In this document: piece after piece, positions 16,167 through 24,299 of the stretch
Position numbering within the stretch: position 1 is the first letter of the stretch
Layout of the letters: each line of letters opens with the position of its first letter
NCBI RefSeq assembly: GCF_965196625.1
Contig: NZ_OZ239769.1
Location: forward strand, 510,001 to 542,000
Length of the DNA stretch: 32,000 nucleotides
Origin: Candidatus Saccharimonadota bacterium
Lineage (GTDB): Bacteria > Bacteroidota > Bacteroidia > Cytophagales > Amoebophilaceae
Direction: 5' to 3'
Program-made: the position numbers and the translations under genes
The notes under the pieces: generated by a model
The model's database searches: none
What the model was told of the DNA's origin: nothing
What the model saw: only the letters and a program-made list of their open reading frames with translations

Positions 16167-16180
16167 TAGTGGCCGCCGAT
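16167..16180. repeat. Isolated terminus-like fragment of the palindromic element (tagtggccgccgat)
   Basis: Matches the left terminus taatggccgccgat at 15851-15864 at 13 of 14 positions. Confidence 0.5.
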
Positions 16181-16288
16181 GCGGAACTTAATCAAAAATA
16201 ATATAAAGACCTTTCAAGTTTGATCCCTACCTTTCATAGAAAGAAAAATAGCAATTTCTAGTGTTGTATTCATTATTTATTTTCCTTT

Positions 16289-16657
16289 TTATCTTTCAAC
16301 CAGATCTAATTCATCCATCAAAGCCGTTACACGTGCGCCTTGCACAACCGAACGGTCTACCATAAACTTTAAATTGGGTACCTTATGCATTTTACCCGCT
16401 ACCCTTTTGCCTAATAGCCTTTTAATGGTATTTTTATGACTCTCAAGTTTTTGTAACAATATTTTCTGTTCATTATGCGTAGAAAAACTTATATAAACCT
16501 TTGCCAGACTCAAATCACTGCTTAAGTCAACTGCGGTAACCGAGGTGAGCGCATTGCCTAACCAGCTAGGCCCCTCTGTTAAGAAGAGCATGGCTAACTC
16601 TTTTTGTACCATCTTAGCGATTTGCGCTATTTTCATATCAATAGTAACCCGTATCAT
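16289..16657 (-). CDS. rbfA: Ribosome-binding factor A
   Basis: KIAQIAKMVQKELAMLF... and VTAVDLSSDLSLAKVYISF are RbfA KH-like signatures. The start at 16657 lies 5 nt after the tpiA stop. The longest ORF (start 16681) would overlap tpiA by 20 nt. Confidence 0.85.
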   Translation of the reverse strand: MIRVTIDMKIAQIAKMVQKELAMLFLTEGPSWLGNALTSVTAVDLSSDLSLAKVYISFSTHNEQKILLQKLESHKNTIKRLLGKRVAGKMHKVPNLKFMVDRSVVQGARVTALMDELDLVER

Positions 16658-16661
16658 CCTT

Positions 16662-17429
16662 TTATCCAAGTAATGCAGCAACCATTTTCATCAATGGATC
16701 CACTTGTAACGATGCGCTACCGACAAGGCCGCCAGCTACATGAGGCGCATCAAATATCGCTTTTGCATTTTGTGGGTTGCAACTTCCACCATATAGAATG
16801 GGCACCCTTTCCGTACCATATTGGGTCGATACCATTTGCCTGATAAAGGTGTGCATTTCTGTAATTGCTTCTATACTAGCCACTTGTCCAGTACCAATCG
16901 CCCAAACAGGCTCGTAAGCAATGGCTAATTTTTCTATTTCCTGGGTAGTAAGGCCAGATAAACTTTCTTCTAACTGTTGCTGAACCATTGTCTTATGGCT
17001 ACCATGCCTACGTGCTTCTAAGCTTTCGCCACAACAAAAAAAAGGTTGCATGCCACTTGCTAGTACCCTTTTGATTTTTTTAGCTAAAAGTAGATGATCT
17101 TCTTTTTGGTAGATTCTGCGTTCACTATGCCCAATCAGCACGCCACTTACCCCTATAGATGCCAACATAGCAGCAGAGACTTCTCCGGTAAAAGCACCTT
17201 CTGCCGCATGGTGACAATTTTGGGCCACTAGCGAAAGAGGCCTAATAGATTCATGGCCATCTATTAATGCTGCTATAGCCGGTAAATGCACAAAAGAGGG
17301 TGCAATACATAGCGCCAATTGAGACGGATCAACCGCCTCCAATTGAGGCAATAAGGCTTGCATAAAAGCAGTTGCCTCTTGCACGGTTTTGTGCATTTTC
17401 CAATTAGCGATTAGATATTTTTTTTGCAT
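16662..17429 (-). CDS. tpiA: Triosephosphate isomerase
   Basis: IANWKMHKT, GHSERR and AYEPVWAIGTG motifs. Confidence 0.95.
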   Translation of the reverse strand: MQKKYLIANWKMHKTVQEATAFMQALLPQLEAVDPSQLALCIAPSFVHLPAIAALIDGHESIRPLSLVAQNCHHAAEGAFTGEVSAAMLASIGVSGVLIGHSERRIYQKEDHLLLAKKIKRVLASGMQPFFCCGESLEARRHGSHKTMVQQQLEESLSGLTTQEIEKLAIAYEPVWAIGTGQVASIEAITEMHTFIRQMVSTQYGTERVPILYGGSCNPQNAKAIFDAPHVAGGLVGSASLQVDPLMKMVAALLG

Positions 17430-17439
17430 CTGTGTTCTA

Positions 17440-18420
17440 TTAGGTTAGATATAAAACCCTTTTAAGTGCCGCTACTGTTTTGGCGACATTGGGTAAAACA
17501 GTCTCTATTAAAGTAGGGGCATAAGGCAGCGGCACATCCAAATTATTAACCTTTTGAATAGGCGCATCCAAATAGTCAAAAGCATGTTTTTGGACCTGGT
17601 AAGTTATTTCAGAGGCAATCGAAGCCAATGGCCAAGCCTCTTCTACTACTACCAAACGATTGGTTTTTTTTACCGATTGAATAATCGTAGAAAGATCTAG
17701 CGGACGAATGGTACGCAAATCAATGAGTTCTACTGAAATATCTTGTTCTTGCATGGCTTGCACCGCTTCATGGGCCACCTTCATCATTTTACCAAAAGAA
17801 ACCAAGGTGACATCTTTGCCCTCTTGTACCAGATGGGCTTTGCCGATTGGCAGCAAATAGGTTGCTTCTGGGACCTCTCCCAAATCACCATACATTAATT
17901 CCGATTCCATAAATATTACAGGATCGTCATCTCTAATGGCACTTTTAAGCAATCCTTTTGCATCATAAGGGTTAGAAGGCACTACTACTTTTAGTCCTGG
18001 GCAATTGGCATACCAATTTTCAAAGTTTTGAGAATGTTGGGCACCCAACATACCCGCATTACCCGTTGGCCCTCTGAATACAATCGGCACATGGTATTGT
18101 CCACCAGACATGGCATACATTTTAGCCGCTCCGTTTACAATTTGATCTATGGCTACTAGGGAAAAATTAAAGGTCATAAACTCTATAATGGGACGCAATC
18201 CATTCATAGCCGCACCTACACCTAGCCCCGTAAAACCTGCCTCACTAATTGGCGTATCTATAACCCTTTTGGCGCCAAAAAGTGCCAACATACCTTGGCT
18301 GACCTTGTAGGCACCATTGTAGGCAGCTACTTCCTCACCCATTAAAAAGATCATTTCGTCTTGTTGCATTTCCTCGATCATTGCTTCCCGCAATGCTTCT
18401 CTAAATTGTATGGTCCGCAT
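17440..18420 (-). CDS. pdhB: Pyruvate (2-oxoacid) dehydrogenase E1 component, beta subunit
   Basis: Full-length transketolase-like pyrimidine-binding and C-terminal domains (FLMGEEVA..YKVSQGL...DTPISEAGFTGLGVGAAMNGLRPI). Length 326 aa. Confidence 0.9.
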   Translation of the reverse strand: MRTIQFREALREAMIEEMQQDEMIFLMGEEVAAYNGAYKVSQGMLALFGAKRVIDTPISEAGFTGLGVGAAMNGLRPIIEFMTFNFSLVAIDQIVNGAAKMYAMSGGQYHVPIVFRGPTGNAGMLGAQHSQNFENWYANCPGLKVVVPSNPYDAKGLLKSAIRDDDPVIFMESELMYGDLGEVPEATYLLPIGKAHLVQEGKDVTLVSFGKMMKVAHEAVQAMQEQDISVELIDLRTIRPLDLSTIIQSVKKTNRLVVVEEAWPLASIASEITYQVQKHAFDYLDAPIQKVNNLDVPLPYAPTLIETVLPNVAKTVAALKRVLYLT

Positions 18421-18519
18421 TTTATTTAATTTAAAAATAGGTTTTATTCAAAGATAGGGCAGATCAAGAAAAAATAACCTATAATAGGTTAGACTTCTTT
18501 CGAAATACACTTATGCTAA

Positions 18520-18619
18520 GGAATTTGTAGGAGAGAGGGCGTGCAAAACCGGATCGTACTAAATGTACGTGAGGATTTGCGCACCGGATCCGACGCGCAA
18601 ATTACCAGCAGAAGTAGCA
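18520..18619 (+). repeat. About 100-nt structured intergenic repeat (family 2), copy 1
   Basis: About 90% identical by eye to 26665-26765, in the same orientation. It contains atttgcgc-N12-gcgcaaat and flanking g(g)(t)aatttg...caaattacc complementarity. Confidence 0.8.
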
Positions 18620-18628
18620 CTTTAGACT

Positions 18629-19420
18629 TCATTTTGAGCTGAGATAATCCTTTAAAGCACTTCTAATCTCTTGAGCAGAAAGATTGTTTTCCATTGTGCC
18701 CTTTCTAGCTATGGATATTTGTCCAGATTCCTCTGAAACGATTAAAACCAATGCATCTATTATTTCGGTAAGCCCAACCGCTGCTTTATGACGCAATCCA
18801 AAACGCGCAGCAATATTTTGATTCTCGGTTATAGGTAAAATACACCTTGCTGCTACGATTTTATTGCTGTGAATAATCACTGCACCATCGTGTAATGGGC
18901 TATATTTATTAAATATAGCAATCAACAATCGGGCAGAAACTACTGCATTTAGCAAATCGCCAGATTCTTCGTAGTAGCGCAGGTCTACATCTTTGGTAAA
19001 AACGATCAGCGCACCTGTATTGCTCCCCCCTAGTGTTTGAACTGCTTTTACGACTGGTGTTACATCCACCTCACTTTTTTTACGTGCCAACCAAGGAATA
19101 AGTTGCACAATTATTGCTTTACTACCCCCTAGGCTTTGGCCGATGCTAAACAAAAAGTGGCGAATTTCCCTTTGGAAAAGAATAATCGGAATAATTGGAC
19201 TGATAAATATGCTCAAAATAGATTTTAGCAGCTTTAGATGCAATGCCTGCACCACCCAGTAAAAAAGATATACGATCAAAAAACCCCAGATGCTCTTTAC
19301 AGCGATACTGCCCTTAACCAGGGTATATACCCAATAGACTAAAAAACCAACCAGTATAACATCAACGAAAAGTGTAAAACTAATGTCCCAGCGCTCAAGA
19401 TACAATAGGTTAAATGGCAT
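18629..19420 (-). CDS. cdaA: Diadenylate cyclase (c-di-AMP synthase), CdaA type
   Basis: Three N-terminal TM helices followed by a DisA_N/DAC domain (LHDGAVII, GLRHKAAVGLTE, VSEESGQISIA). Confidence 0.85.
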   Translation of the reverse strand: MPFNLLYLERWDISFTLFVDVILVGFLVYWVYTLVKGSIAVKSIWGFLIVYLFYWVVQALHLKLLKSILSIFISPIIPIILFQREIRHFLFSIGQSLGGSKAIIVQLIPWLARKKSEVDVTPVVKAVQTLGGSNTGALIVFTKDVDLRYYEESGDLLNAVVSARLLIAIFNKYSPLHDGAVIIHSNKIVAARCILPITENQNIAARFGLRHKAAVGLTEIIDALVLIVSEESGQISIARKGTMENNLSAQEIRSALKDYLSSK

Positions 19421-19889
19421 GGATTAAATAGTTTTTAGGTTTACAATCAAAATCATTTATAATAAAGGAGTACAAAAATCTGTAAGCTAGTATGATCAGC
19501 AAGGTATTTTGGATTAATTTTGTGTTAAAAAAACGATTTTGTTGGCAAAAAAACAAATTTAAAAATCACTAAAAGTATATTCATGATAGATGATACAACC
19601 ATACTGTACATCTTTTTTATTTTTAATATTGATCATCATTTCATAATACATATAATTACTTTTTTCTATATGGCTGAACAGAATGGTGTATGCACAGGAG
19701 AAAGTTTTAGTCGCCGTTGTCCCAAAAAAACAGCCTCATTTATGGTTAAAAAGTGCAGTAATTTTACTATATTGTTGCAGAATATTTAGTAGCCTTGCAA
19801 AGCTACTGGGCGGGTCTGTGCCTGTGGTCTAAAAAGTGAAGCCATTCAAAAAATCATAGAAGCAGTAAAATTAAAAAATTACTTTTCCA

Positions 19890-21113
19890 ATGCTTAAAAA
19901 TTTTATATCCTTCCAAAAAACCTGGTTGATACCAATTGTTACCACCTATACAACAGTAGGTAGCTGTGAATGTGTCAAGAAAAATAAAACTATCCCCTCA
20001 GAAAAATTATCTGGTACTGCTCCGCCTACTACTCCAGTAGATAAGCGTAAATCAGAGGGTTTGCATGCTTCTACAGATAGTATTGCTTCACAAGCTAGTA
20101 ATTCCTCAGGGGATAGTGGATATACTTCTTCGGGGGCTTCTAGTGGTAGTTCTTATTCAGAGGAGCCGCCTGTAGCTACCGATCCTCGCCCTTTTGCGGG
20201 GCTTGCAAATTTAGGAAGTACTTGCTATATGAATGCAGTACTGCAGGTTATTGCAGCTTTATATGAAGATGAAGCAAAAGGTCGTTGTCTAGACGACTTG
20301 ATCACTAAGATCAACTCTCCGGGTAAGCCATTAAGTGAGGACTATATAAGAAAGTATATAGAACGCTTCCCACAAGCTACGAAAGATTTCGTAAACTTAG
20401 GAGAGCAACAAGACTCTGATGAGTTTATCGAACATATCAAAGACCATTTTTTATGCTTAGGTAACGATGCAAATATATACCCTATTACTTGTACTGAGAC
20501 TTTATTCTTAAAAAGAAAAAGTGATAATCAATATGATATTTACAGGTATGATAAGGAACCTTTAGAATCCCACATGTTATATATAGGTATAAAGAAAGGC
20601 TATAACCTTAGCCAAATGATTCGACACCATCAAGAACAAGTGTTAAAGGGAGATGTGAGTGTAGAGATAGATTGGAATAAGCCATCCCTTTGCAAAGATG
20701 TAGATACACTCCCTCCTTTTGTACAACAAAATCAAGCGCAGATAGCTCCTGTTGTAGGATACCATTGGAGAGGGGTTCCAAGAGATTGCATCAAGCAAAC
20801 AGTGCTTCGCCTACCTGATAAGTTGTACATAAAATTAGATAGAAACGTTAATGAATCTAAAATAACTGACTCAGTTGATGGGACAATGAAGATTACCATT
20901 CAACCAGACCCTAATAAGCAGAATGGGGCGGATACATTTGATTTAAATGGGTGTATTGAACACCGTGGAGATGGTACCAAAGGTGGCCACTATGTCGCCT
21001 ATGTAAAACGTGGCGAAAAATGGTATGAAGCAGATGATAAGCAGGTAAAGGAAGTTGGAGCGCCAAAAGCTGGGAAAGCTTATCTATTTTTTTATAAGAA
21101 ACAAAAAAAATAG
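19890..21113 (+). CDS. Ubiquitin-specific protease (peptidase C19/USP), eukaryote-like, with an N-terminal signal and possible lipobox
   Basis: Cys box GLANLGSTCYMNAVLQ (about nt 20198-20245). QQDSDEF motif. His box GGHYVAYVKRGEKWYEADDKQV...AYLFFYKK. The N-terminus ends ...TTVGSC and is followed by a Ser-rich linker. Confidence 0.9.
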   Translation: MLKNFISFQKTWLIPIVTTYTTVGSCECVKKNKTIPSEKLSGTAPPTTPVDKRKSEGLHASTDSIASQASNSSGDSGYTSSGASSGSSYSEEPPVATDPRPFAGLANLGSTCYMNAVLQVIAALYEDEAKGRCLDDLITKINSPGKPLSEDYIRKYIERFPQATKDFVNLGEQQDSDEFIEHIKDHFLCLGNDANIYPITCTETLFLKRKSDNQYDIYRYDKEPLESHMLYIGIKKGYNLSQMIRHHQEQVLKGDVSVEIDWNKPSLCKDVDTLPPFVQQNQAQIAPVVGYHWRGVPRDCIKQTVLRLPDKLYIKLDRNVNESKITDSVDGTMKITIQPDPNKQNGADTFDLNGCIEHRGDGTKGGHYVAYVKRGEKWYEADDKQVKEVGAPKAGKAYLFFYKKQKK

Positions 21114-21327
21114 TATCTGTTGTTCGTTATTTTTCAACTATCTATTACTTACATCTTAAAAAGGATATGATGAATACCAGTTTCCTGTTATAGCATTACA
21201 AAAAAGTCTAAAAAAGAGCGTGTTTGTATCAAAAAAACTTATGTGGTTTTCTATTGCAATGGCTTCAAAATCTATTTTAGATTACTAATTCCAAAAATTA
21301 TATTAGACACCGTAAATAACGGCGGCA

Positions 21328-21834
21328 TTGGATTGGTTGCTTTTTAATAAAAATTGTCGTAGAATTGCAGTTACACACTTCCAAATGTTGATGTATTCAG
21401 TATATGCATTTAATGATCTCCATGTACGCTATATGGGGTGTGAATTCGATCTAGATCCAAGCGATCCAGATCTACTCGGTCGACCACTTATAACGAGATT
21501 TGTCTGCAAAAAATTTGCGTTAAAGAGCGGAGATCTTGTGGCATTGGTTTCAGATGGGGTGACCGGTAATGTAGATGATAAAGAAATGATTGAGCATGTC
21601 AATCCGGATCCAAAAATAATGGTGAAGGATCTACTAAACATAGCATTGAAGAATAGTAAAGACCTAGATAAAATAAGCCCTTTTGGGAAAGCCTTTTTTA
21701 AGGCGTTGGAAGCTGGTGATAGAACGGCGCGTTACATGAAAGATGGATTTACAGCGCGCTATGGAGCAGTTGATGGACACCTTATAGGGGGTAAGCAAGA
21801 TGATATGGCTATGGTTTTTTATAGGCATCCTTAG
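21328..21834 (+). CDS. PP2C-family Ser/Thr phosphatase, C-terminal fragment (probably truncated or a pseudogene)
   Basis: GDLVALVSDGVTGNVDDKEMIEHV matches the PP2C l.l.SDGlwd motif. The terminal GGKQDDMAMVFY matches g..DNiT.vvv. There is no N-terminal metal-binding motif and no ATG start (the ORF track uses TTG). Confidence 0.45.
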   Translation: MDWLLFNKNCRRIAVTHFQMLMYSVYAFNDLHVRYMGCEFDLDPSDPDLLGRPLITRFVCKKFALKSGDLVALVSDGVTGNVDDKEMIEHVNPDPKIMVKDLLNIALKNSKDLDKISPFGKAFFKALEAGDRTARYMKDGFTARYGAVDGHLIGGKQDDMAMVFYRHP

Positions 21835-22072
21835 TTGTGATTGGGCACTCTATCCTTAAATCTGATTAGCAAATCAGCTTATTTGGGTTTGTAGATCAGA
21901 TTCTAATTTTCTAGATGTAAGGATACAATTTGGATTATCGGAATCAGATGAACAGAAAGTTATGGTTTGGATTAAAGCTTCTAAACTATTATTTAGTTTG
22001 CAAACCGTAATTTTTTACCCACTTTATTGAAATATGTATAAAATTCGTATCCATTTATCCCATTGCGTCAAG

Positions 22073-22166
22073 TATCGGCGGTCGCAAGCGAGAGGGGCAT
22101 GTGTGAATAGATACAAAGAAAGCATATTTTTATTAATGGCTTTTTCCTATTCACGCTTTTTGTATA
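22073..22166 (-). repeat. Fragments of the palindromic-element terminus and its flank
   Basis: tatcggcggtc lies at 22073-22083. gtgaatagatacaaa (22103-22117) is the exact reverse complement of tttgtatctattcac at 15742-15756. ctattcacgc (22147-22156) equals 15749-15758. Confidence 0.5.
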
Positions 22167-22244
22167 TTTTTATGGATTCGGCACTCTTTTGTCTTTAGTG
22201 GTCGAAAATAATTTTTTTTATATATTATCCGCAAAACTATTGGT

Positions 22245-23438
22245 ATGGCTATGATTTTTCCTATTTCCCGATTAGGCTATTTTTTTACATTATTTGGTTT
22301 GGTGTGGATTACAGCTTATGCCAAAAAGCACCCTACTAGTGCCCGTCCAGGTAAAGTAAGCTTGACGACAGGGCGTGCTTTTAACCAATCAGATACGCTT
22401 TCTGTAGTTCCTTCTAAGCAAGCGCCACCTATTCCAGGTATGGTTTATATAGAAGGAGGCTACATGGTCATGGGTAATTTAGTGGAAGATAAGCTGGGTA
22501 CAGGGGGGTGTGCGACCAAACCGGTTACCGTAACTTCTTTTTACATAGACAAAGCACCTATTACCAATTTGGACTATAGAGAGTATTTATATGATTTGCA
22601 AAAGAGCGGTTTGGTAGAAGCATATAAAGCGGCTATACCCAATCACCAGGCTCTTTTAGAGGGCTTTAGCTACAATGATCCCTATTTAGAAAGCTATTTA
22701 GATGCGCCTCAGTTTATGTACTACCCTGTTGTGGGAGTGAGTTGGGAGCAAGCTATGCAATATTGTAAGTGGCGTACCAAAAAATTTCAAGAGCTAGAGA
22801 TTGAAAAATATAGCGCAAAGCGCGCTGTTGAGGGGCATGAAGCGGAACCAACCTCGCTCAATTATCAGGATATACATTCAGAAGTAGCCAATACATCTGT
22901 TACATTTACCTTACCTAGTGAAGCACAATGGGAATACGCTGCACGTGCCATAGTTGGTGTAGCTAGTATAGACTATTTACAGCGCCATCAACGTGTTTAC
23001 CCTTGGGATAGCCCCTCTCCGAGGGGAAAAAATGGCCGATTTTTAGCTAATTTTAAGCGGGGAAAGGGCAATTATAAGGGTATGGCGGGTGAGTCTGACC
23101 ATGCGGCACCTACTTCTTACGTCTATGCCTATCCTCCAAATGATCTGGGCATCTATGATATGGTCGGTAATGTTTGTTGCTGGGTCAGTGATACCTACGA
23201 CCCACTTGCCCTACAAAATTCAGGTGACTTAAACCCTGTTGTACGTGGTGCAGCGTTAGGTCATAGTGGTGGCCATCAAGATAAAGCTCCTCGGAATGAA
23301 AATAATAAGGTTTACAAGGGTTGTTCTTGGGCAGATTCCGCCTATTTTTTACAAATAGGTACCCGGCGTTATTTGCATAAAGATAGTGCGACCGCTACAA
23401 TTGGGTTCCGATGTGTGGTTTCTAGCTTAGGCCGCTAA
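22245..23438 (+). CDS. FGE-sulfatase (SUMF1) domain protein, GldJ/GldK-like
   Basis: N-terminal signal, then PGMVYIEGGYMVMG, VTVTSFYIDKAPITNLDYREYL, YPVVGVSWEQAMQYCKW, LPSEAQWEYAAR, GIYDMVGNVCCWV and IGFRCV, typical of the Bacteroidota GldJ/GldK/PorK family. No gldLMN genes are adjacent. Confidence 0.75.
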   Translation: MAMIFPISRLGYFFTLFGLVWITAYAKKHPTSARPGKVSLTTGRAFNQSDTLSVVPSKQAPPIPGMVYIEGGYMVMGNLVEDKLGTGGCATKPVTVTSFYIDKAPITNLDYREYLYDLQKSGLVEAYKAAIPNHQALLEGFSYNDPYLESYLDAPQFMYYPVVGVSWEQAMQYCKWRTKKFQELEIEKYSAKRAVEGHEAEPTSLNYQDIHSEVANTSVTFTLPSEAQWEYAARAIVGVASIDYLQRHQRVYPWDSPSPRGKNGRFLANFKRGKGNYKGMAGESDHAAPTSYVYAYPPNDLGIYDMVGNVCCWVSDTYDPLALQNSGDLNPVVRGAALGHSGGHQDKAPRNENNKVYKGCSWADSAYFLQIGTRRYLHKDSATATIGFRCVVSSLGR

Positions 23439-23446
23439 TGGCTGTT

Positions 23447-24142
23447 TTATGCTTCTACTACAGCTATGGTTGCAATGCTGACTTCCGCTGCACCTGCTGC
23501 TAAAAGTGCATTGGTGCAAGATGCTAGTGTAGCCCCTGTAGTGAGGATATCATCCACCAGTAGCAGGCGTTTGCCTGATAGTAAAGCTGGTGCTGTTACT
23601 TGAAAGGCACCCTCAAGATTGGCGATACGTTCTTTCTTGTTTTTGGTGGTTTGAGAGGGCGTATGGCGGATGCGTTCTATGCATTTTGTATATACCGGAG
23701 TTTTTAATGAAACCGAAAGCCCTTTTGCAAAGAAATCGCTTTGGTTATACCCCCGTTCTTTGAACCTTTTGGGGTGCAAAGGAATTGCTACGATGCCATC
23801 GATTGTTTCCATGGCCAGCGTTTCACTTAAAATCTGGCCATAGTATTGCCCGAGCATCTCTCCAATTTTGGGTTGGTTTTTATACTTCATGGCAAAGAGT
23901 ACTTGCGCAAGATGGCTTTTCTTTCTTAACCTGTAAAGCGAAAACCCATAGGCGATATGCGTTTTACCTAAAAAATGGTTGATTACAATGGCGTTGTCTG
24001 CTAGCTTATGGGAGTTTGTTTCTGGAAATGAACCGAAACAAATGGTGCAAACCCATTTTTCGCCTTGCACAAGTTTACCGTTGCATCCTACGCATATGGG
24101 TGGAAAAAGCAAATCTAGTAGTCCCGCTATAAGTCGTTTCAT
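23447..24142 (-). CDS. comF: ComF-family phosphoribosyltransferase-fold protein
   Basis: N-terminal double CxxC (LFPPICVGCNG...CTIC) and a C-terminal PRTase motif (LLLVDDILTTGATL). Confidence 0.85.
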   Translation of the reverse strand: MKRLIAGLLDLLFPPICVGCNGKLVQGEKWVCTICFGSFPETNSHKLADNAIVINHFLGKTHIAYGFSLYRLRKKSHLAQVLFAMKYKNQPKIGEMLGQYYGQILSETLAMETIDGIVAIPLHPKRFKERGYNQSDFFAKGLSVSLKTPVYTKCIERIRHTPSQTTKNKKERIANLEGAFQVTAPALLSGKRLLLVDDILTTGATLASCTNALLAAGAAEVSIATIAVVEA

Positions 24143-24165
24143 GGTAAAGCAATCTATATCCTAGT

Positions 24166-24186
24166 TTTCGAAACTCGCTTTCGAAA
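24166..24186. promoter_or_regulatory. Two copies of the 8-bp palindrome TTTCGAAA separated by 5 nt
   Basis: tttcgaaa-ctcgc-tttcgaaa lies in the divergent comF / M16 intergenic region, 24 nt upstream of the comF start. It could be an operator or an 8-bp hairpin. Confidence 0.3.
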
Positions 24187-24299
24187 GAGGTCTAATGCAA
24201 AAAGTTGTTAAACTTTTCTTGTTTCGTGTTGCCAGAAAGCAGAAAAAATTTTAATTTAAAGAAAAAAATAATTGATATAGTTGATAAAGTATTTTTTTT

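Noticed and set aside
19583-19789. 68-aa ORF upstream of the USP gene
   Set aside because: It is an AT-rich, Ile/Phe-rich read-out of intergenic DNA. It has no motif and no obvious ribosome-binding context.
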